This document shows positions 25,618 to 38,900 of a DNA stretch of 64,000 nt, piece after piece. Position numbers and translations under genes: made by a program. The notes below the pieces were generated by a model that was not told where the DNA came from, searched no databases, and saw nothing but the letters and a program-made list of their open reading frames with translations. Origin of the DNA: Paragordius varius (Eukaryota; Animalia; Nematomorpha); contig OZ176055.1 in the NCBI GenBank assembly GCA_964247055.1, positions 3,100,001 through 3,164,000 of the forward strand, in the 5' to 3' direction. How positions within the stretch are numbered: position 1 is the first letter of the stretch; every line of letters begins with the position of its first letter.

Positions 25618-27862
25618 TCATATTCTTCCGATTTCGCGTAATTTTTCAACTAATTGCTCCACAGTTTCGACTTTAACGCCAGCTTTTCTAACAGGGGGTT
25701 CTGAAACACTGTTTATAACAATTTTGTTGGCCCATTCTTTCACATCTATCCCGAGTTGATCAGGCGTTTTTTTGTCAATCGGTTTTTTCTTAGCTTTCTA
25801 TTTATTCAAAAATATAGATAAAATTAACTATTTTTAAATGTTAAGGGTAAAGTTGGGGTTGAGTAATCAAAAAATAAAATCCGTTATAACTGCTTTTACT
25901 GCAGTTAGATCAAAACGAATTAATATATAGAAATGCAAATAGGAATATGGTCTAAAAACATTTTTCCACCTTATTAGACATTGATTATGACTAAATATTA
26001 GCATTTTTATTCTCATTTTAAATTAAATTAGTAGTATGCTTTAAATACATAAATTATTGCCGATTTAATTTACTCAAATTATAGCATATCGAACAGAAGT
26101 TTTTATCTACTTCATGATGAGGACTTATGATTGTATGTGAATTTACTCAGAATCGATAAAAAATTTAAAATAATCCACCCAGATCATAAAAATGTTAATC
26201 AGTTATAATTTTAATTTAAGTCACCAAAAAATATTTTATGTTATAATTTTTACCATAATATTCGGGAGCGTAGCATAACGTGGTTCATTAAGTCTTAAAT
26301 CTGCACTTAGTACGCAAGGAATTTTAACCGCTATATTTTCCATCCCGGAGTCAACTTCTCGTTTAACCTTTAACCAACCGGATTGTTGGGGGTCTCTTTC
26401 AATTTTTGATGCACAAATGGCCTGTAAACATAATCGGAAAAATTGAAATTATATTGGACAAAATGTTAAAACTTAAAAAGCAAATATTTTTTTACTTAAA
26501 AAGTCAACCATACCTTTTAAACCTTTTATTTTAACGCATCGTTTTAGATTGCAAAACAAGTAATAAGGATCTAAATTAGTCACACTTCTTTATACTAATT
26601 TAATATTTGTACTATAAATTATGTAGGAAAAATTAAAATTGAAATATATGGTTATCTTTTTAAAAAAATTGTCTTTTAATTTTTATGATTTCTCTGTATA
26701 ATTTTATGTAAAAGCAATGGAATATATGTATACTTAAAGTAAGTCTATGTCATAATTGGCTGTAAACACAAACCAAAAACACATGAATATTCTATTTAAC
26801 TGTGTGTTTTCTTTAAACCAAAAACATATCCATATCCAATTTCACTCTTTTTATGTCCTTAAAATTTATATATACCTGTGGCCAATCAAGTAGGCCCGCA
26901 ATCATTTGAGCCGTTTGGCCGGAGTCATCGTCTATGGCCTGTTTCCCAACTATGATAAGATCGGGTTTTTCAGTTTCCGCGATTTTTGCAAATATTTTAG
27001 CGATCGCGAGTGGGGGAAAGCTTTCATAAACCTTAAGGTCGGCAATTTCGACGTGAATAGCTCTATCAGCTCCCATCGCAAGAGCTGTTCTTAAAGTTTC
27101 CTAGAAAAACAATAATTGGCCTTATTAGAAAGTTTCAGGAAAAGTATGTGTGGAATGAATTTGTTTATGTTAATTTTTAATATTTAACCCTAAACATTTC
27201 AAAATCAACTTTATCTTACCGGAATATCTGCAAATACCCTTAAAGAATCAATTTAAAAACTGTGAATTGACGGGGTATGTAAACGCAAACACAATCGCGA
27301 TTGAAATTAACATTTATTAGTTTTAGCCATAATTTAAATTTGTATGTTTTCTGACTTAATTGTTTGTTTATTAGAAAAATTATGATTCAAAACTTAATAA
27401 AAATATGTAAGGGTAAAAGTTAAGAAAATTAACAAAGAGTAAATTTAAAGAGTGGTTATTAAAAGCATAAATTATATCATCAGGACTATCAAAAACCAGG
27501 TTAGTATTATAAATAACCAGCATAGTGTTAGAAAAATAAAATAATCATTTTTGGTAAAATTTAAAAAATAAAAACACAAAAACGGTTAAAAATAAGTTGT
27601 ATACAAATTTTTATATATACTTGACATTGTGGTGGTCCACATGAAAGCGCAACTATTTCTTTAACCAAACTTTTTTCCTTTAAACGTATCGCCTCCTCAA
27701 GTGCAATTTCACAAAAAGGGTTAACACTATGCTTTATACCATCCGTAAATACACCAGTTTTATCATTTTTAACCCTAATCTAAGTAATATTAAAAAAGTT
27801 TCTTAAACCTTGACGGCATAATCTATAACACGCTTTATTCCAACTAGGGCTTTTAATGACAT
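25618..27862 (-). CDS. ETFB: Electron transfer flavoprotein subunit beta (5 exons, 261 aa)
   Basis: Exons 27862-27809, 27779-27621, 27100-26876, 26421-26254, 25797-25618 total 786 nt. Motifs: [93 protein letters not shown]. Confidence 0.96.
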
Positions 27863-27895
27863 GTGAGCTAATGTATGTTTGAAGAGGCTAGCCAC
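27863..27895. promoter_or_regulatory. 33-bp spacer between divergent ETFB and RRP1 start codons
   Basis: ATG at 27862(-) and ATG at 27896(+). Each is preceded on its own strand by TAGC(T)CAC. Confidence 0.5.
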
Positions 27896-30800
27896 ATGGA
27901 AAAATTTATAAAAGCCATCCAAGATATCTTGATAAACGATATTTATGACCGGAAAACAAATTTCACAAAATTAATTAAACTTTTATGTAGTCAGAAAATT
28001 GGTAACCTCTATTGTTTTTAATAATAAAGATAATTCCCAAATATTTTTAAAGTTATGGAAAGGATTGTTTTATTACATTTGGAATTTGGATAAAACGGAA
28101 AATCCAGTATAAAATTTTTTTTAACCTTAAGCACCAACAAATTGATCTACTACTGAAATTGATTATTCAATTTGATAAAAGGGATTGCGAATTATTTTTT
28201 GATTCCTATCTTACGACAATTAACAGGGAATACAGCCAGATAGATGAATATCGTATTGAAAAATATCTATACGTACAACTTATGATTAAAATTTTAGCTC
28301 AACAGGAAAATGTTTAAAACTATTTTTGAACGAATAATTCGTTTAGGAGAATCGGATTTTAATTTTTATTCAATCCTTGAAACGTTTATGTCAAATAATG
28401 AAATCAACTTATCTATTAAATATCATATATTGGATATTTACATGACAGAATTGATTGAAAAACAAGAATCTACCATAGTAAATGATTTTTATATTAAAAC
28501 TTCTTCAATAAAAATTTATTAAAAAATGAAAGATATAAAGTGACTTAAGTTTACATTGATATTATTAAAAATTGCTGATAATTTGATAGAAGAACAACAT
28601 TGTATGCTAATAAAAATAGTTTAAAAACTTAGGTTCTTTTGCTTTTAGCCAAAAATTTATAAAATTTAGTTTTTTAACCATAAAGACGAACAACAATTGC
28701 TATCTGGTTTCTGAAATCCAGGAATTTAAGTTTAGGGCCAGTAAGGTAACACTCATAATTTTTTGTTTTCCCAGAATAGAGCTTTTACACATTTAAATTT
28801 GTTCAAATACGCTAATCAAAACAAATTATGCATTTAGGAGTAACTCAAATTCAAAAATTTATGGAATTTATAGCCTGTATCTAAACAAATCTTGGAATTA
28901 TGTTTTATATCAGTGTGGGTCGAATCTTTATAGTATAGAATATATATATTATATTTTTAATTTTTTATATACTTTCTTCTAAACAGTTATTTTATAGCAA
29001 CTAAAAATTTTAATAATAATCTATGCCATATATTCGTTACCGGGTTTGCCATTAACGTGGTTCCGAATAAATATTTAAAATTCTCCGATAATATTTTGGA
29101 AATAATTGGTGGCAAAAAAATTAACATAACCAATGATGGACAGTTAGTTTAAAATTTTGGTATTATATATGAGCGTCCTAATGTTAGACGAGCACGAAAA
29201 TCATTTTACGAGCTATCATCTGCCGCGCCAATGTTTCCCAAATATTTTTAATAATTGTTTGAGCTTTATGTAGGTTATAATGAAAAAAATAACTAAAGAA
29301 AACTTAGTCACATTTAAATAATATTTAAGCTTTTGATGATTTTATATTTTTCAGTTCCTTGGCATTTGCTTTAATGAGAAGTTTTTTATGGATAGTATAG
29401 AAATGTCAGAAAGTGATGTTTGGATATTTTCTTTAATGCTTTTACACGTTAACTTCGATATACGCGCTTCAAAATGTAAGGGAAATCTTAAGAATTAAGT
29501 TTAAGGATAGAAATGGGGTTGGAACACAATCTTGTCTTTCTCAGTTATTAGTGGAATTTAGTTCTTTTAAAATGGGTTTTGTAGGATGCGTTTTTGGTCT
29601 AAAGATGTAATAATTCTGTTTGGATACGCCCGCAACAATTAAATTTCCATAATTGGTATCTCATGTGTCAAAAGCCATGTTGAATCTATAATAAGAAGGA
29701 ATAACACCTTATTTTTGAAATTTTTAAGATTATGATTTTAGCATATTGTTTTAACCTAAATTCTGCTAACATTTAATATTTCTATGGATTTATTTCTTAA
29801 AAACTTATTTTGAAATAATTACAATAATAATTAATGGCGGGCATGCGCTATATTCTGACAATAATGAATTAGGTAGGGAGAAGAGAAAGAATTATTAGGT
29901 CAAATTTGGATAAGAAAACATTTTGTACGGGATAAATATAAAAATTACAAATAGAATGTTTGTATAATTTATCAAAGTGTCTTAATTTCCAATTTAAAAG
30001 CAATCCACACATTACTATTGCTTTAGGCGAAAGGCCAGATTATAAACCTATTGTACTTAAAGTGTGTCTTTTATTTCCAATGATTAAAGAGTTCAGGGAC
30101 CAACTTGAAGCGCAAATGGATATTGAAATTCTTGGAAGAAGGAATAAATTTTAATTAGCTTTATATTTTTTCTTATGATTCAGGTTGAAATTCCAATGAT
30201 TAACAATCTTTTGCTGTTTCTGGAGATTTTATTAAATATTTTATGGACATAAATAGGCACAAATATATAAAACTATTTTTTTCGGCAAAGTGAAGATTGA
30301 ACATTAAATTTGCCAAAATTAATTTTGGGGTGGTCCCCATACAAAAAAGGTTAAGCTGTTTTAGAAATGGATATTTTGTGAGTTAAAAATGATTTTAGAA
30401 TGCATAAGATGTATATACTATCGATAATCAAATCTTTAATATAACTTTTCAATAATCAATTGTTTTCGTATGTATATTTTGGCGTTTTACATTTTGCATT
30501 TTATAATTTTTTCTTTAGGGTGAATCATTGTTTATACAATTGTTGGACCCCTTCCTTTCCGCCATACCCAAAATTAAAAAGTAAATTTATAATGATAACA
30601 ATAAGTAATGTTATCGTTAATTTCACTAAATCAAAATATTATATTTTTTTATAATCATATAATTAACTTACGTTATAAAAAATTAACAGTAATTGAATTG
30701 AGTCAAAAACAAAAAAATGTGCACAAAGTTTTTAAAAATGATAAACAAATTGTATTTAAGTGCTTTATTACATAAAACAAAATTTTACTTAATTTTAATT

Positions 30801-33295
30801 ATTAAATGATATATACCAGGGGTGGCCAACCTTTTTTTCCGCGGGCTACTTTTTTGGGAGAATATTTTCCGCGGGCACATGTGAATATTATATATTAAAA
30901 GATTTATGATATTCCTTCAAAACAAATGGTTATATATCTATTTACGGGTTGCGATGACTAGCACAGGCCATTTTAAAATATATATTACAAGGGTTGGAAC
31001 CGATTCCAAAACGGTTTTGAAATTTTAATTGGTTTCGGTTCCTGTTCTTAAGATTTTTTTGGTTTGACCGGTTTTGTAAAAATTGAAACATGTTTCAAAA
31101 CGCTTCTTGAATTTTGAAACTGTTCTGATTTCATTGTGGAACAACAATTTCATAAAAGAACCGCTGTTCCAACTGATATATTACGAGAATATTATTTTTG
31201 CTTGGTTATTTTTACATAATTTAATTTTATTATAATGCATAAATATTATTGTAAAGACACTAATTAATTTAAATTAATGAGAGGGATAAGCTTTTTATTG
31301 ATTCCATACATACTATTGCTTTTGTCTTCATAATTTCTAAACAGTACTTCAGAAGCCTTAATAGAGGCTTTTTTCAAATTTCTCCGTCTTGAAGAGATTT
31401 TAGAATTTGTGATATTTTGTTTATTATTGCTGTATATCATAATGCAGTGTTTCTAAGCATTTAGTTGCTCTTTCGATAGCTTGCTTTGATATGCCAATAT
31501 CAGAATTTTGATAGTTTAAGCGTCAAAAATTATTTGTTTGCTTTTTTAGGGAAAGCCAAAGTGGAGTTACATATCAAACAACATTTATTTATCATTATTC
31601 ATTATAAAAAAAAATCTTCTTCCCATCTATAATAACGATATATGTTAGCATACCGTTTTGAGTTTTTGATCACATTAATTATTTAAGATACCTGTATCTG
31701 TTTTTTTCGCTAAATTTAAACTGGCTCTAAGGAAATCAGAAATAACGAAAGTATCGAATTAAATAAACATTTTTAATAAAATAATTAATTAACTTAATTA
31801 AATATAAATTTTTGTTACCATAAATTTTTTCAAATACAAAATAAAATTATAATTATCTGTAGAAAAAATCGATGTTAAAAGATTTTCAGGCGGTCACGTT
31901 TTGAAAGCTCGCGGTCACGAAGTCGATCGCGGGAGACAGTTTGGCCACCCCTGATATATACCATTTACAATTCAAATTTACCCTAAAATAATTCAAAACC
32001 CTTGAGCAATTCAAATTCTGCCTAAAAATAAATTATGGTTTTCGGGCTAAATTAACTCGTCAATATCAAATATATCTTTATGGCATAGTTAATTATTTTT
32101 TCAATATTATATTATTTTTAAACAAAATTTCTTTTTTAAAAAAAAATATAGGTAATTTTTAATATTCAGGAACACATAATTTATTTAGGGTCAATTATTG
32201 TCCGAGGGTGAATTGTAATTATATATATGATATATTAAGCGTGTCTTTGTTACAACAAATAAAAACGGATATTTTTGAATGGATAATTGTTTATTCTGAT
32301 GTGCGGGCCCAATATGATGAAGGCGAATTACCAATCTATTTTGCCAATAAGAAATCACAAAACAGCCAAGATGCACGAGAAGAAAATATGATAATTTATG
32401 TAACTATTTTAATTACACAAATTTGAGGTTTAATTTATTTTTTTACAGATAATTGTGAAAAAAAATTAAAAAAAATACATTGTTAGATTATTTAAATTAA
32501 AAAGGACTTAAATTTTGGAAACGTGTTTTATTATCTAGCGAAAGATTAAACCAAAATAATCAATATAAATTTTAATTTACGTAAAAATTCCATTTGCGTA
32601 TAATTTTAATTAATCTAATTACTTTTTTTGTTTTTTGAGACATATTATACATATTTCATGCATATTAATTAAAATTTATGTGATTATCGCTTATATAATT
32701 CCATATATTTTTATAATTTTTATCCTTACATATGCATATATATATAGCTTGACTATGAAAAATACTCTGAACACGTCTTAAATTATGCACAGTGTAAGGA
32801 AAATATCACGATGCAGTCATATAACCGCAAGATTTTACATCAAATTAGTCAATAGTATTATATATTTTAGCATAAATTAATTAATCTTGACAATTTGGAA
32901 ACAGAAGTTTTTATAAAGAGGAATAATTTGTTGAAATTTCAACATTAGAAGATATTGTCAAATTTAAATGCAACAATTTGTTTTTTTCAATTAAATTTAT
33001 ATTATTTTTAAAACGACGTTAAATAAAACACAAATTTTTTTTAATTATATAATATATGAAATTTAACATAATTTTTAACAGTTTCCGAGAAATGAAAGAT
33101 GGTAAATATCCATTGATTGAAGAGATTAAGCTTGATACCCCATTGTCAAATTCTGATGTTAAACAATCATACAATCGATTACTCAAATCTGAACATAATA
33201 GAGGGAAACTTAAAAACAAAAATATGAGAAAAGGAAAACCCAAACTTCAACAACGTGGCAAATCATTTGTCACTAAGAAACGAAAAAATAAATGA
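27896..33295 (+). CDS. RRP1: Ribosomal RNA processing protein 1 homolog (Nop52/RRP1 family; 8 exons, 348 aa)
   Basis: Exons 27896-28001, 28030-28106, 28132-28272, 28298-28477, 30519-30580, 32240-32399, 32748-32854, 33082-33295 total 1047 nt in frame. Nop52 motifs: LKLWKGLFYYIWNLDK, TINREYSQIDEYRIEKY, HILDIYMTEL, LLDPF, LLQQIKTDIFE, DYE...NRKIL, plus a Lys-rich C-terminus. Confidence 0.88.
30817..31953. mobile_element. Non-autonomous hAT DNA transposon (1137 bp) in RRP1 intron 5
   Basis: TIRs CAGGGGTGGCCAAC / GTTTGGCCACCCCTG with a perfect 8-bp TSD ATATATAC (30809-30816 and 31954-31961). No intact transposase ORF. Confidence 0.9.
31958..32220. mobile_element. Degenerate copy of the foldback element at 61532-61909
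   Basis: Begins ataccatttacaattcaaatttaccc, shares the middle section (aaataaattatg...tatggca.agtt.attatttttcaatatt) and ends cataatttatttagggt...agggtgaattg. Confidence 0.6.
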
Positions 33296-34055
33296 TAGAT
33301 TATTAATCAATATAACCAAATTTTATTTTGAGTTAAAGTTTTAGAAATTTTTCAGATATTCATCAAAAAAGTTATGTTTATCAATCTCTCAAAATTTAGA
33401 AAAACTTTACCTTTTTTTCAATACAGCACGCTATAAAATAATTTTTATTATCCCTTTTTTAATAGTGTTGTTAATGTACATACCACCGAAAATAAGCTGA
33501 TGCTTTTTGCAATTATTTTGCTTTAAAAACTTTTCCAAAATTTATGTGGTAAAGCCTGTCCCAGCTTTATTACAAATTATATTACAAATGCATCCATGAT
33601 ATTGAATTATATTTTTATTACATGATAAAAATATGCTAAGAATTAACGTGTAAATCGTTCCAAACACTTTGTAGTATCAGAACTCTTTTTTGTGTCTTTG
33701 GTTTAGTTCCACTTTTTAAAAAAGTTTTTGACCTAATGACTTTGGTTTGAATTTTTTGCTAATCCTTTTGGTCCGATGGTTCCGGTTTTCTGTTTTTTAA
33801 TTCTTTAGTAGCCTTATTATTTTACATGGTATATACATAATATCAAAAATATAAACTTATGAAATGAAAATGTAATGTATGCTCCTTTTATTGAACGCAA
33901 CGAATATTACGGCTAATTTTTGATTGTGTAAAGAAAAAATGAACGCGTTTAAACGGTTTTGAAACCAATTTTGGGGAACTGTTTATTGGGAGGTATTTAA
34001 ATATAAGAGGCATTCGAAGCTAATCTTCTCTTATAAAATATAGCTTATATTATAT

Positions 34056-35136
34056 AGGCGTAGTCAGTTATTACCAGTTTAACTGAGAGAAGACGTCAGC
34101 AAAAAATACGCAGACGATTATTATGCGGACCCTATTTTGTTCATCATAACCGATAAAGACAGGCATGAGTTTGCCAAAAACAACCGTCTTATTTTACTCA
34201 TTTGGGCCTGAAAAAGAACATTTGTGGCAGGCATCGCCATCACAACTAAAAAGCTTTTGAAGGTTAGCGTTTACTGGCAGAATCATTTGGTTCTGAAATA
34301 TTTAAAGTTCTGATTTAATGTAAAAGATTGGAATCCTTCTGGTAGAGAATTGCGACGTTAAAGTTTACGAGTTATTGGATAATAGCCCAACTCAAACTTA
34401 AAAACTAAAGCGTTAAATGTATCAAAATAAACAATTTAACGATGTCTACATTTCTAAAGACCACTTCACTCAATAAATGGATCCCACAGAATTTGTACGA
34501 AGGTCAAATCATAAATCGCAAAGGGACTTGTGAAATTTTCCTTCAACGTCACGAAATTAAATCATTATTTGCATCGTGCGATGGTGATGAGAAGTGCCTT
34601 ATTATTTTTAACCCATTGAAAAAATCATGGGTTGCACCTTGCCAATCCGGTCCCTCAACATCGCGAAATCGCTTGGAAAAGATAACCATTCTCTGTGTCT
34701 TGTGTTAGAACGGTATTGCATATTATAAACTTTTAATGTCCGATAATGAACCACACTATCGCTAACAACCTAAATAAAACCCATGCATTAATCGAAAAAC
34801 AATTATAATTGGCCAGAATACATGGCAAAATTTCCGCAAAACAATGCTCCGTTTAACACGGTAAAGTTAGTGAGAGACACGTTAAATCGTCTTCATGGGA
34901 AATTTTTCGCACGCATTGAGCTCTTCTGACTATTACTTCGCATCAATCGGACACATCCTTGCCGTGCAGCAGTTAAATATTTTGGACGACGTTGAATGGT
35001 TTTTCTGGCATGGCGTTCGTAATTAGGGCGAAATGCGCAAAAGCCTATGTACAGTATTTTGCATGAAATCAATAATCAAACTCCTATCGAAATGCCATAT
35101 TTTTTTATCAAAAAAGTACATTATGAATCCACCTGG
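34056..35136 (+). mobile_element. Decayed mariner (Mos1-like DD34D) transposon, copy 1
   Basis: ORF 34442-34708 reads KWIPQNL...RKGTCEIFLQR...GDEK...FNPLKKSWV.P.Q..PST...ILCV, matching the mariner WVPHEL/TGDEKW region. Frameshifted remnants continue downstream. The 5' end is homologous to copy 2. Confidence 0.85.
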
Positions 35137-35384
35137 TATATTATGCTGAGAAATTTCAAACTTCGTTCCCCCTGCTAACTGATATGGAAAAGTGTGCAGT
35201 TTGGGTTTAGTACCTTACAGAACCAAACACTTTGTTAATTATGTTAGCTCGGAATATATTTTATCAGATATACTATCATTTATGAGAAATATAAAGGGGG
35301 TTTTTTAATAGGACCCAAAAACGGCAAAATAATTTCAATTATTCGGTTCTTTAAGAAAATTACTTAAATTAATTTATATTTAAC

Positions 35385-35942
35385 CTAACTTAGAGGATGA
35401 GCGAAACCTTTAATTTCTGAGATTTTGATAAAAATTTTGACATAATAGTGATTAGCAGCATAAAATTTAAAAAAGTTTTTTTCACTTAAAGTGTTTTGAT
35501 ACCGTATCCACCATGCTTTAAAATACCATAAAAAGCATAAACAAAATTTTGCTACCAATTCTTTAAGAATAGAAATATATAATTTATTAAGATCTAATAA
35601 TCTAGCATATATATTGTTATTTCGCAATCTCTGCACTTGTGCGTTTATTCGCCCATTTTTAGAGATATATAAAAATTTGGTTTCAAGGCCAACATCTAAA
35701 ATTAATTGTTTTTTTTGAATTATATTAAATATATTAACAAAATATTTCATAGGTTTAGAACCATAAAAATTATTTAATATGATGCGCGCTAGTTTTGCTA
35801 TTTCTCCATATGAAATTCCCAAAGGGTAAACCTTCTTAAATGACTCCTCCAAAACAAGAATCACTTTAAGAATCCTGACACATTTTTTATACGATATACA
35901 GAAATCTAAATTATACAGGCAAAACGTAATATATAAAGACAA
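35385..35942 (-). other. Unassigned 185-codon open frame, possible exon of an orphan gene
   Basis: Long for this AT content, with a possible acceptor (aatttag) near its 5' end. No recognisable motif. Confidence 0.25.
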
Positions 35943-38900
35943 ATATTTTTATCTCAATGACAACCATACTTTTTTGCCTGATTTTTCCTAGATAAGCCCC
36001 TCATATACAATTACAAATTATAGAGTAATTTTTTTAAATTTCAAATTTTGACATTTTAAACAATGAGTTATATATAAAAATCAAAATTTAAAAATTAATA
36101 TTGCCTTTTAAAAATAAATTGCCTTTATATTTACGTTTTGTCCGTATAATTTCAGTTTTTACCGTATCAACAGGATATTTTTGTAAAACTATGTTTTAAG
36201 TTATTCCAGAAGCTCACAATTTATTTTGAGTCTAATATGGGTATATATGAATGGTCGATTTTGAAGTATTTGTAATGGTGAAATGAAGTATAAATTGTAA
36301 ATATGCCAACCTTGTCACAATAATTACCAAATAGGTGTAAAATATTATTGTTTTTTTTGATAAATAATGTAATCAATTTTATAAATGTGGATAGCTTAAC
36401 TGTGTGAAAGATATACAAATTAAAATTTGGAAATACATTTGTAAATAGATAAATTTAATTTAAAAATTATATAGATTATAAAAATATTAATTTAATTTAA
36501 ATCGATTGCACTCTACAATAAATAAATAAAATATCATAACCATAAAATTATTAATCAATATAAATTTATATATGTATTATAATAATTTTTTAAATTAAAT
36601 TTTTTTATGGTACTAGTAAATTAGTTTTTGCAATTAACCACACCATGTTCAAAGCTTATTGCGTGCTAGGGTCCGCTAAAAGCCAAACTTTATTTTACAA
36701 TCATATATCTTTATTAATAATATTTTCATAATTTTTTTATTGTAATTTCATAATTTTTTCGGCTCCCATTTGTTTAGGGCCATGCTTACATCTCTTAGTT
36801 ATCTTATCTTTTTGTTCTCTTTGATGTCGAAAAATATTTTTTATATTGTTTGCCGACAGACACACACACACACATGTACCGCACATATTTCTTGTATTAA
36901 AGTTCCTGTCCTGAATATGTTGAATCCAATATTCACGCCTAACTCATCAGTCACCATTCTTTGGTTGACATTTAATTAATTATGTAATAGCAAAAAAATA
37001 ATGAAAAAAATTATAATTAAAAAATATATTTTTTATTTATAAATTCTTTTAGCTTGTCCGTATTAAAAGTCAAAATTCAATGTTTTGCACACTTTCATAA
37101 AAAAAGCTAAATTTACCGTTAGTGTGGCAGACATAGAGACACGTCATATTAAAATCGTTTTTTTGCCGCATAACGGTAATTTTTAAATTTTTTATTTATG
37201 GTAAAACGTTAAAATATTTTGTAACAAAGCCCTTCTCAAATTATTAATATAATTAACAATTATATAATTGGAAAAAATGAAGCTTTTTATAGAATTTTAT
37301 GAATTACAATAAGATAATTAAAAAATTTAGATAAATTTTATAACTGAAGTATAAATTATTTTTTTAAATTTAAGGTAAAACGATCGTAATGTACCCTTTT
37401 ATTCGCATTACGTTAAGAATAATATAATTTAAGGCCAGATATTTATAGTTAAATAATAATTTGTGCACCATACACTTGGGTTAAATTAGATTGACTTGAT
37501 AAACTTAACCAAAGCACATATAATGCTATAAATAACTTAAAATATAAAACCGTTGGTTCGCAAAACTCTCATAAAATTACATTATGATTCCCCGGTAGCT
37601 AAAAAGGTAAAATTAAGAAATTTAGGCATACCCGATTCAAACTCCTATCAAACTCAAAGCAAATTTTAGGATAAGTTCTTATCTGAAAACGTCTAAAACA
37701 GCGATTGAAAAAATGAAAATAGATTGTAATTTTTATACACATCCAACGAAAATGATAATTAACATTTAATGCAAAATATGAAAGAATGCAATCAACACAC
37801 GTTATATAAAAGAAGAGATACAGATTCATTGACTATACTGCTAAAACCTATTCAAACCCATATAAATCAAGATTGGATACAAATTATGCATAGGTTTAAT
37901 TCATTTAAAAAGCATTACCCGTAAAGACACCGCCAATAATTATTTGAAAGAACATCCGTCTGTTTTAACCTTAAAATTAAGAGTTTTTTTGTTTATAGGC
38001 GTACGCGACCAGAAATATGGAAAGTATTGCTCGGGTTGGCCATCAATACCATACATGACTGTGACTGTGAGCGCTTCAAAAATAACGAGTCAAAAAATAT
38101 TAAACATATGTTATGAGGTGGTATAATAATAGTAGTATGAACTTGCAATGGTTAAAATGATTTTAACGATAAGCAATATGATTGGTGAATTTTGATTATT
38201 TAGTTATAGCATAAATTTGAATTCGTGGTACTTTTATTACTGATTTCAACAATTTTACCGGTTAAAAACACAACCCTGGCCTACCAACTAAAAGCAATTT
38301 ATGGTTCTTAATCATAATTTTTAATGATTTCTTTTCATCTAACACTCCAGAGTTAATTTTGACCAATTTATGTGAGAAAACAAATTAACAAAAATAAATT
38401 GACTAATGGTTTTTCTAAAAATCACCAAACTTTAATATGATTAGAAATATATATATTTTTAATTTATAGATAAGCGAAAAATGGTCCTTAAAGTTGACCG
38501 CGTTTAATTCTTTCGTGTTTGGCAAAGAGTCAAGTTTTTGATTTGAGTTTGTATCCGTCGGATTATAAATCAATGAAGGCGACATAATAAGGATTTCGAT
38601 ATTTTATAGGGAATTCATGTAATTATACATTTCACTAATAACAATGGATTGATTCATAATAAAATGCAATATTTTTAAATAAATTTTTTTTAAAATTAAA
38701 GAGATAAATTAGTGAATAAAGCAAAAATAGAGCAAGGATAGCTAAATTTTTATAAGCTCACGTCAGGTCAATAGTCATACTGGCATGAGATTTTAACACT
38801 TTATATAAAAATATTGCAGATATCATAACAATACATGTGTATGCAGCAGTTCTATAATGTAAAACATGAGTTGAGTATATTTAGTATTCTGTTTAGCTAA

